Sequence record: OZ035810.1
Strand: one strand, 5' to 3'
From: Gamaleyavirus AN24P2
Length of the DNA stretch: 64,000 nt
Shown: positions 20,401 through 28,720 of the stretch, piece after piece
Layout of the letters: each line of letters opens with the position of its first letter
Numbering within the stretch: the stretch's first letter is position 1
Notes under the pieces: generated by a model
The model's input: the letters and a program-made list of their open reading frames with translations, nothing else
Told to the model about the DNA's origin: nothing
Databases searched by the model: none
Position numbers and translations under genes: made by a program

Positions 20401-23400
20401 GAACAGATTGAGCGTAACTTGCGTAACATTGCTCTTGGTGTAGATATTCGCCATAAAGTAATGAACCAGGTACAGACTACTGTTGACCAGATGGCTGCTG
20501 TAGGTGCTCCTTATGTGAACAACGGTAAAATCTCTCTGGAAGGTCTGACTGTAGACCAGCAAGTAGCTAAGCTGAACGAATTGTTTGATGCTGAATTAAA
20601 CAAACGTCGTGATGCAGTACGTGCTGCTAAAGCAGAACCAGTGAAAGAAGTACCAGCAATTGAGCAGGTTGGTCGTGTACTGAAGTCTGGTGTACGTCTG
20701 CTGTCTAATACTGCTATCTCTAAGCTGGCTAAAGAGATGTCTCAGGAACAACAAGCAGTACTGAAAGAAGTACAGAAATCCCCTGCTGCTAAAGACTACA
20801 AGGTTGTCTATGGTACACCTGCCCAACTGGATGCTTACGCTATTGAGAAGAACATTACTCGCCCAGCACCGGAAGATATTGAAGCTGCTGAAGCAGGTAA
20901 TGCATACGGCTGGACTAACTTCGAAGATAAGACCATTTATCTAGTTACCCCTTCCTTAGAAACTCTGGTTCATGAATTGGTACATGCTTCTACTTTTGAA
21001 TCTGTACTGACTCACTATGAAGGTACTCCTAATGAAGCAGTTCAGAACATTGAAGACCTGATGAACCAGTTCCGTGCTCTGGATGTTAAGGATGAATCTC
21101 CGGCAGTACGTGAAGCGTATGCTGATGCACTTAATACCATTAATGGTCACTTGTCCAATGGATTCATTGAGCCATCAATGGCTAAAGCTGCTGCACTTAA
21201 CGAGTACATGGCTTGGGGCTTAACCAACCGTGAACTGATTAGTAAGCAGAAGAAAACCACTGCACTTAAGACTATGGTTCAGGCTGTGTATGAAGCAATC
21301 AAGCGTCTGGTATTTGGGCGTAAGAAAGCACCAGCTAATGCAGATGATATGTTCTCCGGCTTACTGTTTAACTCTGCTGTAGTAATGCGAGGACAAGCTC
21401 CTACTGCTGCTGTAGCTAAAGATACTACCCTGTTCCATAACAAAGCATACGGTGATAATACTCGTCTGGAAGAATTAGGAAAAACCTTCGATAAGTTAAT
21501 TACTGACTACATTGGTTCAGAACCAGTACAACAAGTAATTCGTAAAGGTAAGTTCTCTGATGCAGTAGTGAATGCAACTAAAGTAACCCGTGATGTTCAG
21601 GCTCATGGCTTCGCTATGAATATGCAGGAACAGCGTCTCTTTACTAACATTGTTGCTGCTCTGGCTACTGAGGCTGCTATTAACCCTGCTGCTTTGGCTC
21701 GTGCACAGGAATACTACACGCATGTTACTAAGAACCTGACTGTTGAAGCATTTATGGCTGACCCAGATAGTACTAACCCTGCTGACCGTTATTACGCTCA
21801 ACAGAAGTTCGATACCATCATGGGTGCTAACAATATTGAGTTTGATGCACAGGGACGTTCTTCCTTACTGCCTACCTTTGTTGGGCTGGCAATGGTAAGT
21901 GAAGAAGTACGTAAGGTACTGGCTGATATTCCTGTTATGAAAGCAGATAAGCAATCCGGTAATACAGTTGATGCAATGCTGACTAACATTGGTACTGCTG
22001 CAATGGCTAGTCTGAATGCTCGTGTAGCAGGTGATACCAAAGCTACTAATGTACAGGAAGGTATGGATGCACTGGCTCAAACAATCATGCAGACTAGCCT
22101 TAATGCACAGTCCTTTTATGATTCTGTTGCTACTCCTAGTGGTAATGCTATTGACCGTGCTAACCAGTATCTGGTGGACTCTATTGATGTATTGTCTACC
22201 CGTGCTTTAGAAGGTGCTCGTGAAGTTGCAGCTAATACCAAGAACCCGTTGGTTAAAGGTGCTGCTCATGCTGCACAACTGATTGCTGCTATTGCTACAG
22301 AGAAGAATGGTGAAATCGTAGCCGAAGGAGTTATGGCTGCAATGAACCAGGGTAAGGTATGGCAACCTTTCCATGACCTGGTTAATGACTTAACTGGTCG
22401 TACTAAGAGCAATGCTTCTGTGTATGATTTGATTAAGGCAGTTCGTGCACAGGTACAGGCTGACCGTCAACAATTCCGTGAACATTTGCCTACTACTATC
22501 GCATCTAAGTTCAGCCGTAAGCTGACTAATGATGAGTGGAAAGCAATGCACACTGGCATGGGTAAAACTGACTTGGCTGTCCTGCGTGACACTATGTCTT
22601 TGGCTGAAATCCGTGATTTGCTGTCGGACCAAAAGATTGTTGACCGTGAAGTGAATAAGCTGGAAGCAGATTTGCAGAAGCAAGCTGGACGTAACTGGCC
22701 TCTGATTAGTCGTAAATCTAAGCAACTGGCTCAGTTTATGATTAATGGTACAGTTGGTAATAACTTGCTGCGTAATGCTACTGCAATTTCTCGTTTACTG
22801 GGTGAACGTAAGACTACTAGTTCTATTGTAGATGTAGCTAAACTGGATAAACTGATTACCCTGTATGCACTGGAAGCAATGAGTAATACTGACCGTGAGA
22901 TGCTATCTTCACTGGCTCAAACAGAAGTTGATGGGATTGATTTTGCTACTTCTTACCTGGTTGGTCAGCGTAAAGATGAAATGGCTAAAGCTAAGTCTGA
23001 CATGCGTGCAACCCTGAACCAGTACAAAGGTTACATTCCTGGTGAGACTAAACAAGGTGTTAACCTGATTGTTGCTGAAGACAGTCAATTTGCTGATTTG
23101 ATTGAGAAGTCCTATGTGCGACTGGGTACTTATCAGGGTAGCTCTGCTAATCGTGGTCCAGCACGTAGTTACTACTTTGCACCAGTACAGGCACAGGCTC
23201 CATTCTCACAGGGTATCTTACAGAACGTTCGTAATACTGCTGGTGGTGTAGACCTTGGTACAGGCTTTACGATGGGTACAATGGTAGCTGGTCGTATCAC
23301 TGACAAGCCTTCCGTAGACCGTATCACTAAAGCACTGGCTCGTGGTGAACGTGGTAATGAACCACTGCTGCCTGTGTATGATGACAAAGGTAATGTAGTT

Positions 23401-24774
23401 GCCTATGAGCAATCTATTGACCCTAACATGCTGAAGCACATTGAGGGTGAGAACCATCTTGCTCGTGCAATTGGTGTATGGCGTGGTCGTCAGGTAGAGG
23501 AAGCTAAGGCCCAGCGTTTCAACGATATGCTGATTGAAAATCTGCATAGCATGTACGAGAACGACATTAAAATGTCTGCCTCTAATAAGTCCCAGTATGT
23601 GAACCTTCTTGGTTCTAAACTGGACCCAGTAACTGCTGATGCTCTTAAACTGATGAACACTGAAACACGTCAGAAAGCAGAAAGCCTGTTTGGACCCGGT
23701 GAACTGTGGGTTCGTCGTGATATGCTGAATGATGCACTAGGCTATCGTGCAGCTTCTGTAGGTGATGCCTGGTCTGGCAATTCTCGTTGGTCCCCAGAAA
23801 CACTGGATACCTTCAAGAAAGCTATGTTAGGTGTATTTGGCAACCGTGCTTACAAGTACGTAATGGGTGGTGAGAACCTGGTTCAGAACTTAGTTAAAGA
23901 AGCTAAGACTCTGATTGTAGTTAAGTCAGTAGTTGTACCTGCTGTTAACTTCTTAGCTAACCTTTACCAGATGGTTGGTCGTGGTGTACCTGTTAAGAAC
24001 ATTGCTAAGAGCATTCCACAGAAGACTGCTGAGATTAACCAGTACCTGAAATCTCGTCTGCGTCAGGTAGATGCAGAAGCAGAATTACGAGCAGCTACTA
24101 ATCCGAACCAGATTCGTAAACTTAAAGCTGAGATTCAGTCCATTACTGATAGTCATAAGCGTATGAGTATCTGGCCTCTATTAGAAGCTGGGGAGTTCTC
24201 TTCAATTGCAGATGCTGGTATTGGACGTGATGATATCCTGATTACTGAGGGTAAACTCCATGAATACATGGATAAGCTGGCTGATAAGTTACCTAAGTCA
24301 GTACGTACTGCTGGTCGTTATGCACTTATCACTAAGGATACTGCTTTGTTCCAGGGTATCCAGAAAACGGTTGAGTACTCTGACTTTATCGCTAAAGCAA
24401 TCATCTATGATGACTTAACTCAGCGTAAAGGTAAGACACGTGAAGAAGCACTTGGACGTGTAACTGAAGAGTTCATTAACTATGACCGTCTGCCGGGACG
24501 TTTCCGTGGCTATATGGAAAGTGTTGGTCTTATGTGGTTCTACAACTTTAAGATTCGTTCTGCAAAAGTTGCAGTGTCCATGATTCGTAATAACCCGGTC
24601 CATGCAGCAATGGCGATGTTGGCTCCAACTCCTACCATGTTTGGTAACGTTGGCTTACCTATTCAGGACAACATCTTTAGCATTGCTGCTAAGGATAGTC
24701 TGGATTACTCTTGGGGCTTTGGACAAGGGCTTCGTGCTCACAACCTGAACCCTTGGATGAACCTGGTAAACTAA
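14416..24774 (+). CDS. virion-encapsidated RNA polymerase (giant vRNAP)
   Basis: Single ORF of about 10.3 kb; track start 14398 is TTG, first ATG at 14416 preceded by AGGAAA; a protein of this size in this position is diagnostic of N4-like phages. Confidence 0.85.
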   Translation: MSTFDRLAGFADSITNAKQVDVSTATSQKQAAQGQSPFQLTPENAYNLQTGRVGNLGIGAFEPGSLQADFTQASPLEILNKYGNEQGLQILNSRANAADAVRQDLSKQRTNAEAFGDTLSGVGLGVANTLGGIAALGTGLVNDNAGASIASGMDWLNEGVHNLQSDALNVTRKVVQNQNQISAQKNQKLYEQDIKNGESSLVASLSRIGRDAFDSVANTLDNGMAATDGLSEGVGSLFTGGPLIRGVSALGKVMVGGDKAVKGITLAAELGSRPAQVALSAGRVAAPAIAIGGMEAGGAYQQTASEIMKMSHQELASKSPVYQQHIADGLSPDEARRQTASETGIIAAGLTAPVAAATGPLVSKFELNPLKVGSLVGAGSNMLRETVEEGIQSGTSQFAQNKAIQGNVDAKRDLLKGVGEQAGLGALYGFGSAGVAQAPGATVKAVGATAGPALRTTLAGASLVGSALAKAASPLTNILVQRGEEVAKRNEQASPVADATVNAAAQEAAAQAEQAQATVQEAVDAMDISPEEKAAATQYAADLTQAMKFDPVELEQTNPAIREAVSGSTNRVEAIQKMADLVNTAEDPNVQMEAAIQMYDNIMSMDSFINRDPGALANLEQGSPAAAIVDQFSGLMANVQNTPKVLRAFRAIHSMIQEQAEAGKLKATEEANQAQANNIAMAADVSPEVLDVESVNMVLKHASEGKITLGNRQRAALQSAAALLQGAREFDAKAEELGLRPQDIVSKQIKTDESRSNEGQYSALQHAKRIRSAYNSGNFDLASAYLDDFMKFAQHMQNKVGALNEHLISGNADKNKSVHYQALTPSREWVRSRTGLGVNPYDTKSVKFAQQVGLEAKTVADIVNALATAYPELNVSHVKVTPLDSRLDKPAAQVVKEFRQGNLDAAQSQQTNEPVNQVDETPVTKQEPVTPTVQTKPSVSEAVKTEPTIKESKPQSVKEPENQSEKQDAAITNEDTTQEVAETKTEMEAVFPVYNNDKTPSQFLKAFALPEEPKTRTIGSESPLTDVKQALSSAARFEAFTQKENNALTSDVMKRYQDLLGFGETLKTTLSDRLAKFLANKNVGKRFAEGTEANRWVGGKLLNIVEQDGDTFKFNDQLLETAVLAGLQWRLTATQNAAVKDMKDIAAITGVEASLLPEGILAEFENAQTLVEATSSLAQKIESYWGLNRNPNAPLGYTKGIPMAMATEILSSLIEMGEVKESMLDVSEIDPASDKTVGLYTIEKLDDNDAINNFPTAIEEAVLVEPEEKMYFGDDIPSVAQTQLRNPAVKNTPEQKAALKAEQATEFRVHMPMVNFYEALGRDNILELMGAGTLNPELLNVNTAKSLEGKNLSVSMAYDSLFGVINQVQEQENGLDTPIHYGYNMTRVGRMQMLGKNNPQSSKLVREAILPTFSTIDLSNENSQTFSDFQLGLAQALGIKVHNMSREAMSEKLTKALEGNLKPAVDMMVEFDKSGHLPVDAVDILKTSLGGDKSFVALMALMEYARYLNSDDRANFNTPLYVEADGVTNGPINAMVLMTGGKFTSDWVKNTAKGGLFFGKAGKTMNEHRSQDDSVDLYEASTNSLQQALNELRTTYRNNVPVMNQMNHLQKLMDLFIKDFNLNEDGTLDLKRGIAKNPLTITIYGSGARGIAGKMVSAITDTIYERFSDVLQARAADPSISPAMAMFGKEAASETDAQAMLDTFLTSMEALTGNVPVMRKGELSIQQVEGALTGKLDPQKFTVSGNALKNLQENMLHLFVEPMRTGIRNTVGEGLMHSTENLQKATQIQSLVLQDMFQQAVQTKLAEKEKDPTWKKGDFLTQKELNEIQESLSPLAPMIETGSQTFYIAGSENTDVANQVLATNLDDRMRVPMSIYAPSQAGVAGIPFMTIGTGDGMMMQTLSTMKGAPKNTLKIFDGMNIGINDITDASRKANEAVYTSWQGNPIKNVYDSFAKFMKNVDFSKLSDETKQAIAKSALEYDQREGATDALLRAGAEQIERNLRNIALGVDIRHKVMNQVQTTVDQMAAVGAPYVNNGKISLEGLTVDQQVAKLNELFDAELNKRRDAVRAAKAEPVKEVPAIEQVGRVLKSGVRLLSNTAISKLAKEMSQEQQAVLKEVQKSPAAKDYKVVYGTPAQLDAYAIEKNITRPAPEDIEAAEAGNAYGWTNFEDKTIYLVTPSLETLVHELVHASTFESVLTHYEGTPNEAVQNIEDLMNQFRALDVKDESPAVREAYADALNTINGHLSNGFIEPSMAKAAALNEYMAWGLTNRELISKQKKTTALKTMVQAVYEAIKRLVFGRKKAPANADDMFSGLLFNSAVVMRGQAPTAAVAKDTTLFHNKAYGDNTRLEELGKTFDKLITDYIGSEPVQQVIRKGKFSDAVVNATKVTRDVQAHGFAMNMQEQRLFTNIVAALATEAAINPAALARAQEYYTHVTKNLTVEAFMADPDSTNPADRYYAQQKFDTIMGANNIEFDAQGRSSLLPTFVGLAMVSEEVRKVLADIPVMKADKQSGNTVDAMLTNIGTAAMASLNARVAGDTKATNVQEGMDALAQTIMQTSLNAQSFYDSVATPSGNAIDRANQYLVDSIDVLSTRALEGAREVAANTKNPLVKGAAHAAQLIAAIATEKNGEIVAEGVMAAMNQGKVWQPFHDLVNDLTGRTKSNASVYDLIKAVRAQVQADRQQFREHLPTTIASKFSRKLTNDEWKAMHTGMGKTDLAVLRDTMSLAEIRDLLSDQKIVDREVNKLEADLQKQAGRNWPLISRKSKQLAQFMINGTVGNNLLRNATAISRLLGERKTTSSIVDVAKLDKLITLYALEAMSNTDREMLSSLAQTEVDGIDFATSYLVGQRKDEMAKAKSDMRATLNQYKGYIPGETKQGVNLIVAEDSQFADLIEKSYVRLGTYQGSSANRGPARSYYFAPVQAQAPFSQGILQNVRNTAGGVDLGTGFTMGTMVAGRITDKPSVDRITKALARGERGNEPLLPVYDDKGNVVAYEQSIDPNMLKHIEGENHLARAIGVWRGRQVEEAKAQRFNDMLIENLHSMYENDIKMSASNKSQYVNLLGSKLDPVTADALKLMNTETRQKAESLFGPGELWVRRDMLNDALGYRAASVGDAWSGNSRWSPETLDTFKKAMLGVFGNRAYKYVMGGENLVQNLVKEAKTLIVVKSVVVPAVNFLANLYQMVGRGVPVKNIAKSIPQKTAEINQYLKSRLRQVDAEAELRAATNPNQIRKLKAEIQSITDSHKRMSIWPLLEAGEFSSIADAGIGRDDILITEGKLHEYMDKLADKLPKSVRTAGRYALITKDTALFQGIQKTVEYSDFIAKAIIYDDLTQRKGKTREEALGRVTEEFINYDRLPGRFRGYMESVGLMWFYNFKIRSAKVAVSMIRNNPVHAAMAMLAPTPTMFGNVGLPIQDNIFSIAAKDSLDYSWGFGQGLRAHNLNPWMNLVN

Positions 24775-24775
24775 A

Positions 24776-24810
24776 ATAAAAAAGCCCCTCTATGAGGGGC
24801 TTTGCTTTTA
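24776..24810. terminator. bidirectional terminator at convergent late/early boundary
   Basis: gcccctc-tat-gaggggc hairpin flanked by A-run upstream and tttgctttt downstream. Confidence 0.6.
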
Positions 24811-24814
24811 GAAG

Positions 24815-25045
24815 TTAAGGTGTTTTCCACATTTTAGGCTTACGCCCTTCACTTAAAAATTTACCAGTCTCCTTAATCTTTCGTAGTGTTTCTTCAGATG
24901 GGAACCACAGGAATGCGAAGTAAAGCTTCTTAGCTACGTAACGAGTTACTCCTAACTTCTCTGCGATTTCATCAAATGAATATGTACGAACGGTATTGTT
25001 GAGAATGGCTTCACGAACAACAGAGGTAATAGATACTTGTGCCAT
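24815..25045 (-). CDS. small helix-turn-helix-like protein
   Basis: 76 aa; segment FDEIAEKLGVTRYVAKKL resembles an HTH. Confidence 0.45.
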   Translation of the reverse strand: MAQVSITSVVREAILNNTVRTYSFDEIAEKLGVTRYVAKKLYFAFLWFPSEETLRKIKETGKFLSEGRKPKMWKTP

Positions 25046-25066
25046 GCTATTTTCCTATAAATGAGA

Positions 25067-25098
25067 AAGCCCTCACTAAGAGGGCTTGTTTTGTTTTG
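25067..25098. terminator. hairpin with T-rich tail
   Basis: gccctc-actaa-gagggc followed by ttgttttgtttt. Confidence 0.4.
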
Positions 25099-25167
25099 GC
25101 TTCTAGAGCCTTACCACTTGTCGGGTAGTTTGATACCTTTCGGTAAAAACTACCTTATACCTATTTA

Positions 25168-25548
25168 TTAAATGGTGCAACCACCACCGTCACAGGTGTT
25201 GTTTTCTGCAAAGGAAGCTAAAGCCTTAGCAGTTTCTTCTTTTTCATGCAGTGCCTGACGTAGCAGGTAACCCTCCAATTCCCAAATCTTATTGAATGCA
25301 TTTTCATATGCATATTGACGACCCTTCTGCTCATCATAGATAGTCGGGTCAACACAGGCAGATACACCTTCAATTTTGAAGCCGTTTTCCAGGATAATAA
25401 CGCAATGGGTTACCAGACCCAGGTTAGCCAAATCGTCTGCAGGTAGTGCAGAAGGGTTAACGAAGGCAGATTTCACTGCATCAGCACCATTGAAATAGTA
25501 GACGCTCTTAATCTTAGCTTCAATTGATTCTTTACTTACTGTTGCCAT
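25168..25548 (-). CDS. conserved phage protein, function unknown
   Basis: 126 aa ORF, C-terminal CDGGGC motif. Confidence 0.45.
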   Translation of the reverse strand: MATVSKESIEAKIKSVYYFNGADAVKSAFVNPSALPADDLANLGLVTHCVIILENGFKIEGVSACVDPTIYDEQKGRQYAYENAFNKIWELEGYLLRQALHEKEETAKALASFAENNTCDGGGCTI

Positions 25549-25717
25549 TATTAGCCTCGTAGAGTGGTTTGAGTTTGTATTTAAACATGACTGCGTTGTT
25601 ATAGGCTACGCTACCTGCAAACACCAAAGACTTACGTCCTCGGTTATCCGTTACCTCATAGGCATACGGGGTTAGGATTAAGTCAATCATATGAATCGTC
25701 CAATAAATAGTTCTCAA
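25532..25717 (-). CDS. hypothetical small protein
   Basis: 61 aa ORF overlapping upstream gene end. Confidence 0.3.
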   Translation of the reverse strand: MRTIYWTIHMIDLILTPYAYEVTDNRGRKSLVFAGSVAYNNAVMFKYKLKPLYEANNGNSK

Positions 25718-25756
25718 ATAAAAAAGTCCCCCAGAGTGGCGGCTCTGAGGGACTTA
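25718..25756 (-). terminator. rho-independent terminator closing the tRNA-like transcription unit
   Basis: agtccc...cagag/ctctg...gggact extended stem with A-run on + (U-tract on -). Confidence 0.55.
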
Positions 25757-26000
25757 GTGCTATTTACCCATAGCTGGGAGGCTTGTATGAACTTTATGAG
25801 TACCAGGTTCAGGTAAGCTTAACTGGTGTGCTACTTGGATTGATAGTCCACTCATATTGCTCAGGCTAGGATTTAAGGAGTTCCTATTCTCCAGCGAAAT
25901 TCCCGTCGAGGGGAATAACAATACATTAGCAGCCACTGGACTGTCTTACCAGTGTTGTCTTTAGAGTGCTATGCAATCAGGACTATGTTACTGCTGAATG

Positions 26001-26077
26001 GGTGTCCACTACTGGATTTGAACCAGTGACTTTCCGATTATTAGTCGGTTGCTTTCCCCGTCTAAGCTAAGTGGACT
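26001..26077 (-). tRNA. tRNA gene, isotype unresolved
   Basis: Hand fold of reverse complement: 7-bp acceptor GTCCACT/AGTGGAC, D-stem GCTT/AAGC with GG loop, T-arm ACTGG-TTCAAAT-CCAGT, 73-nt body; anticodon loop CTAATAA gives unusual anticodon AAT; CCA not fully encoded. Confidence 0.5.
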
Positions 26078-26083
26078 TATTAT

Positions 26084-26159
26084 GGTTACCCAGGCAGGAT
26101 TCGAACCTGCGTCCTAGTTGGTTTACTAGTGGGGCTTTACCACTAAGCCTACTGGGTAT
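26084..26159 (-). tRNA. tRNA-like gene with aberrant anticodon arm
   Basis: 7-bp acceptor TACCCAG/CTGGGTA, D-arm GGCT-TAGTGGTAA-AGCC, T-arm GCAGG-TTCGAAT-CCTGC, encoded CCA, 76 nt; anticodon arm folds only as CTAGT/ACTAG with a 6-nt loop. Confidence 0.4.
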
Positions 26160-26671
26160 TAATAGGGGAGTCATGCCAGGCTTTAACTGGCTCCTTCTTC
26201 GCAATCCTTACATACCCCTACATAATTATTGCGTTAAGCTTTTTTGTTTAAGTTTAAGTGAAGGCGTTCTTGCTGACTCATTGTTTGGTTTCCTGATTAC
26301 ATGGGCTTCCACCATATCATGACGAGTTTGAGTCCGTGGAGCGACTTCCTCAGTGCAGTTACCTGCCACCTGTAAACAGGCGTTCTTTGGTCCATCGTCT
26401 TCAACCATACTGTCTTAACCATATAGGGATTCAGGCAGTTCTGGCGGTAATCAGGAAATCTGGTTTGAGATGGGAGTCCGAGTCCTGTACAGCCTTACCG
26501 TCTCCACATTGGCAGCGTATCTAGAATAGCACTTCCGGGTACGGATTTAACTGTTACATCTCAAATGTGGTAGGGGCGTCCAGAGGTTTCATCTGATACT
26601 TACGCCGTCGTATGGTTACGACTTACCCCCATAATTCTTACAATTCAGAGTAGCACTGTTGCAGTCGTCAC

Positions 26672-26752
26672 TGCCCATAGGTAAGGATTCGAACCTTACA
26701 ATACCGTTAGTTTGCAACGTCGCTGTACCATTTCGCGTTCTATGCAATGCTA
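26672..26752 (-). tRNA. degenerate tRNA-like element
   Basis: Canonical T-arm TAAGG-TTCGAAT-CCTTA, but I could not pair an acceptor stem or find a U33/R37 anticodon loop. Confidence 0.25.
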
Positions 26753-26757
26753 CTTTG

Positions 26758-26824
26758 AATTGGTTCCGGCGTCTGGACTCGAACCAGAACACTCACGTTT
26801 GTGCACAACGCTAGTACCTACACC
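26758..26824 (-). tRNA. truncated tRNA-like element
   Basis: Acceptor TCCGGTG/CGCCGGA, T-arm TCTGG-TTCGAGT-CCAGA and encoded CCA, but only about 67 nt with no room for a D-arm; hairpin loop GTGCACA. Confidence 0.3.
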
Positions 26825-27720
26825 GGAATTAATTGCCAGGGATTCCACCTGGCTCCATCTGTTTTTATAGTCACTCAGATATCGTCTGGACTTTAATAGT
26901 ACAACCTATCAAAGAGTACACTAAGCACAGGTAGCTACCCTGCCGTCTTCTCTATCTACACCGGCTACAGTATAAACCTCCGCACGTTAGCCTAATGTAC
27001 TCATTGATAGGATGTCATAATAGGGGAGGGAGGACGAGTCCCTCTTTACCCTATGGTTTAGTTTACGTGTAAGACCTAACATCTCGATGCTGGATGAATA
27101 GCGTAATGAACTATCCGACATTATTGGTTAATATTGTGCTCAACATGAGCGTTAGTTGATAAGGGATCTGAAGCCTTATCCCGAAGATACTAACCTTTGG
27201 GGTATAGCCTAAGATTCAGAAATGGCCCCTATAGGGAGAGGCCATTGATTAACCCGAATGTTGCTTTACATTTTCTGAGATAACCCATTCTTAAAATAGT
27301 CTGACTGACGGATGGGAGCCAACCCTAGCGTCAGTGCCATACGGCAAAGATTAAGTTAAGAAAGGTTATGATAGGAGTTCCTATCTCAAAGGATTCTAAC
27401 AGAACCCTTCACGATATTAACTACCCACTATGGAATAATTTATTTTTTACAACAGGCACCGCGCCCAAGAAAAAGCTAATTTTCCACTTAGTTTAGATTG
27501 AACCAATGGACTGGGGAGAGTATTCCAATCCACTGGTTCGGTTGTTGTTGTTACTCTGGCGGCTTGTCACCACCTTGTTTACCACTGCATTTCCACAGGA
27601 TAATGACAGTGATGATAAAAGCTATGTATGGAGCCGACACGTCTATAATCCTGACCAGTAGTAGCATCAGGACTATAAACACTACCACACCTAGCAGCAG
27701 CTTCTGAGCCACCTACCAGA

Positions 27721-28164
27721 TTAACTACGTTTGAGGCCAGCGAACAGTGAAGGCTTAGCAGCAGGTTTCTCTGCTGGTTCTTCAGCCTTAACTTCTTCCT
27801 GCACAATTTCTTCTTGTGCTTCTGGTTCAGTCACTGCTTCTTCTTCAGGTTCCGACGTAGAACTCTCGTTCACTCCACCAGTAGAGGTCTGGGTTTCTTC
27901 TACCTTTACCTCTTCAACTACATCTTCCGGCTCTGGTTCTACCGGACGGTGTTTAGCTTCCTGAGGGTTCTTACGAGAACGACGTGTCTTCTTCTCTACC
28001 AAGGGTGGAGTATCATCGTTATGACTTACCTCTTCATTAATACCAACGGAGGCTGTACCATCTGCATTGATGACAATACTAACATCACCAGCAAGATTGA
28101 TTTGATCATCGACATAAGCTTGTACAGCAGCTTCTACTTCGGACTGGTTCAAAATGATTTGCAT
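27721..28164 (-). CDS. hypothetical protein with acidic/basic C-terminal tail
   Basis: 147 aa ORF; C-terminal half rich in E/P/K. Confidence 0.45.
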   Translation of the reverse strand: MQIILNQSEVEAAVQAYVDDQINLAGDVSIVINADGTASVGINEEVSHNDDTPPLVEKKTRRSRKNPQEAKHRPVEPEPEDVVEEVKVEETQTSTGGVNESSTSEPEEEAVTEPEAQEEIVQEEVKAEEPAEKPAAKPSLFAGLKRS

Positions 28165-28165
28165 A

Positions 28166-28720
28166 TTACGCCTTTAATAACTTAATTAGGTTCTGGAAAG
28201 CTGGGAGATTTACACCAGCGTGGATTGCACCGATTGCATCAGCTAAATGCTCATTCTTATTCAGAAGTTTGCCCTTCTTATCTGTGAGCCAGTTGGCTTC
28301 AGGATAGATGGCATGAGCAGCACGAATCATCGTGTCCTTGGATGCAGTTTTATCGCCTACCAGTGCAAGTTTGTTTTCAATTGGGGATACTTCAAAGATT
28401 GGACAACCCAATGCACGAAATGCACCTATTAATCCTACGCATACTCCATAGGATTTCATACCGTTAGCAGACTGAGAGCCTACTGGTACTTCTACGAATA
28501 CTGCTTTAGCAGACCGTAACCATTCCTCACAACCAAGAAACAAATCATGAGCGGCTTGTATATCTTTGGAGTTGGTTCGAACTTGTTTGTTGTGGTCAAC
28601 TTCAGTTTGAACCAGTTTAAGTTCGACCTGCTCGAAGACGCCGGAATCAATGTCCAGCATCCCACGAGCTAAACCCCAATTGCGGAGACTAACGTCTGCA
28701 CCGACAATTGGGATTTTCAT
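28166..28720 (-). CDS. RuvC-like Holliday junction resolvase (putative)
   Basis: 184 aa; N-terminus MKIPIVGADVSL resembles RuvC-fold start; adjacent to SSB-like gene. Confidence 0.45.
   Translation of the reverse strand: MKIPIVGADVSLRNWGLARGMLDIDSGVFEQVELKLVQTEVDHNKQVRTNSKDIQAAHDLFLGCEEWLRSAKAVFVEVPVGSQSANGMKSYGVCVGLIGAFRALGCPIFEVSPIENKLALVGDKTASKDTMIRAAHAIYPEANWLTDKKGKLLNKNEHLADAIGAIHAGVNLPAFQNLIKLLKA

Noticed and set aside
14660-24603. Many short ORFs on both strands inside the vRNAP gene (for example 16630..17046, 17068..17541, 21517..21801)
   Set aside because: They lie wholly within a continuous 10-kb coding ORF, lack RBS context and have low-complexity translations; they are frame shadows.
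26071-26524. Short ORFs in the noncoding block (26071..26322 +, 26226..26408 -, 26336..26524 +)
   Set aside because: They overlap tRNA-like elements, lack RBSs, and have Cys/Pro/Ser-rich translations; the region is better explained as RNA-coding or spacer.
25718-27720. Possible group I intron in the noncoding block
   Set aside because: Only weak partial resemblance to conserved core elements (for example tagtctg near 27300); no convincing P7/R-S pairing by eye. Left as a hypothesis for an Rfam scan, not annotated.
27579-27806. 75-aa ORF overlapping the start of gene 27721..28164
   Set aside because: Overlaps a better-supported gene and has an unlikely composition.
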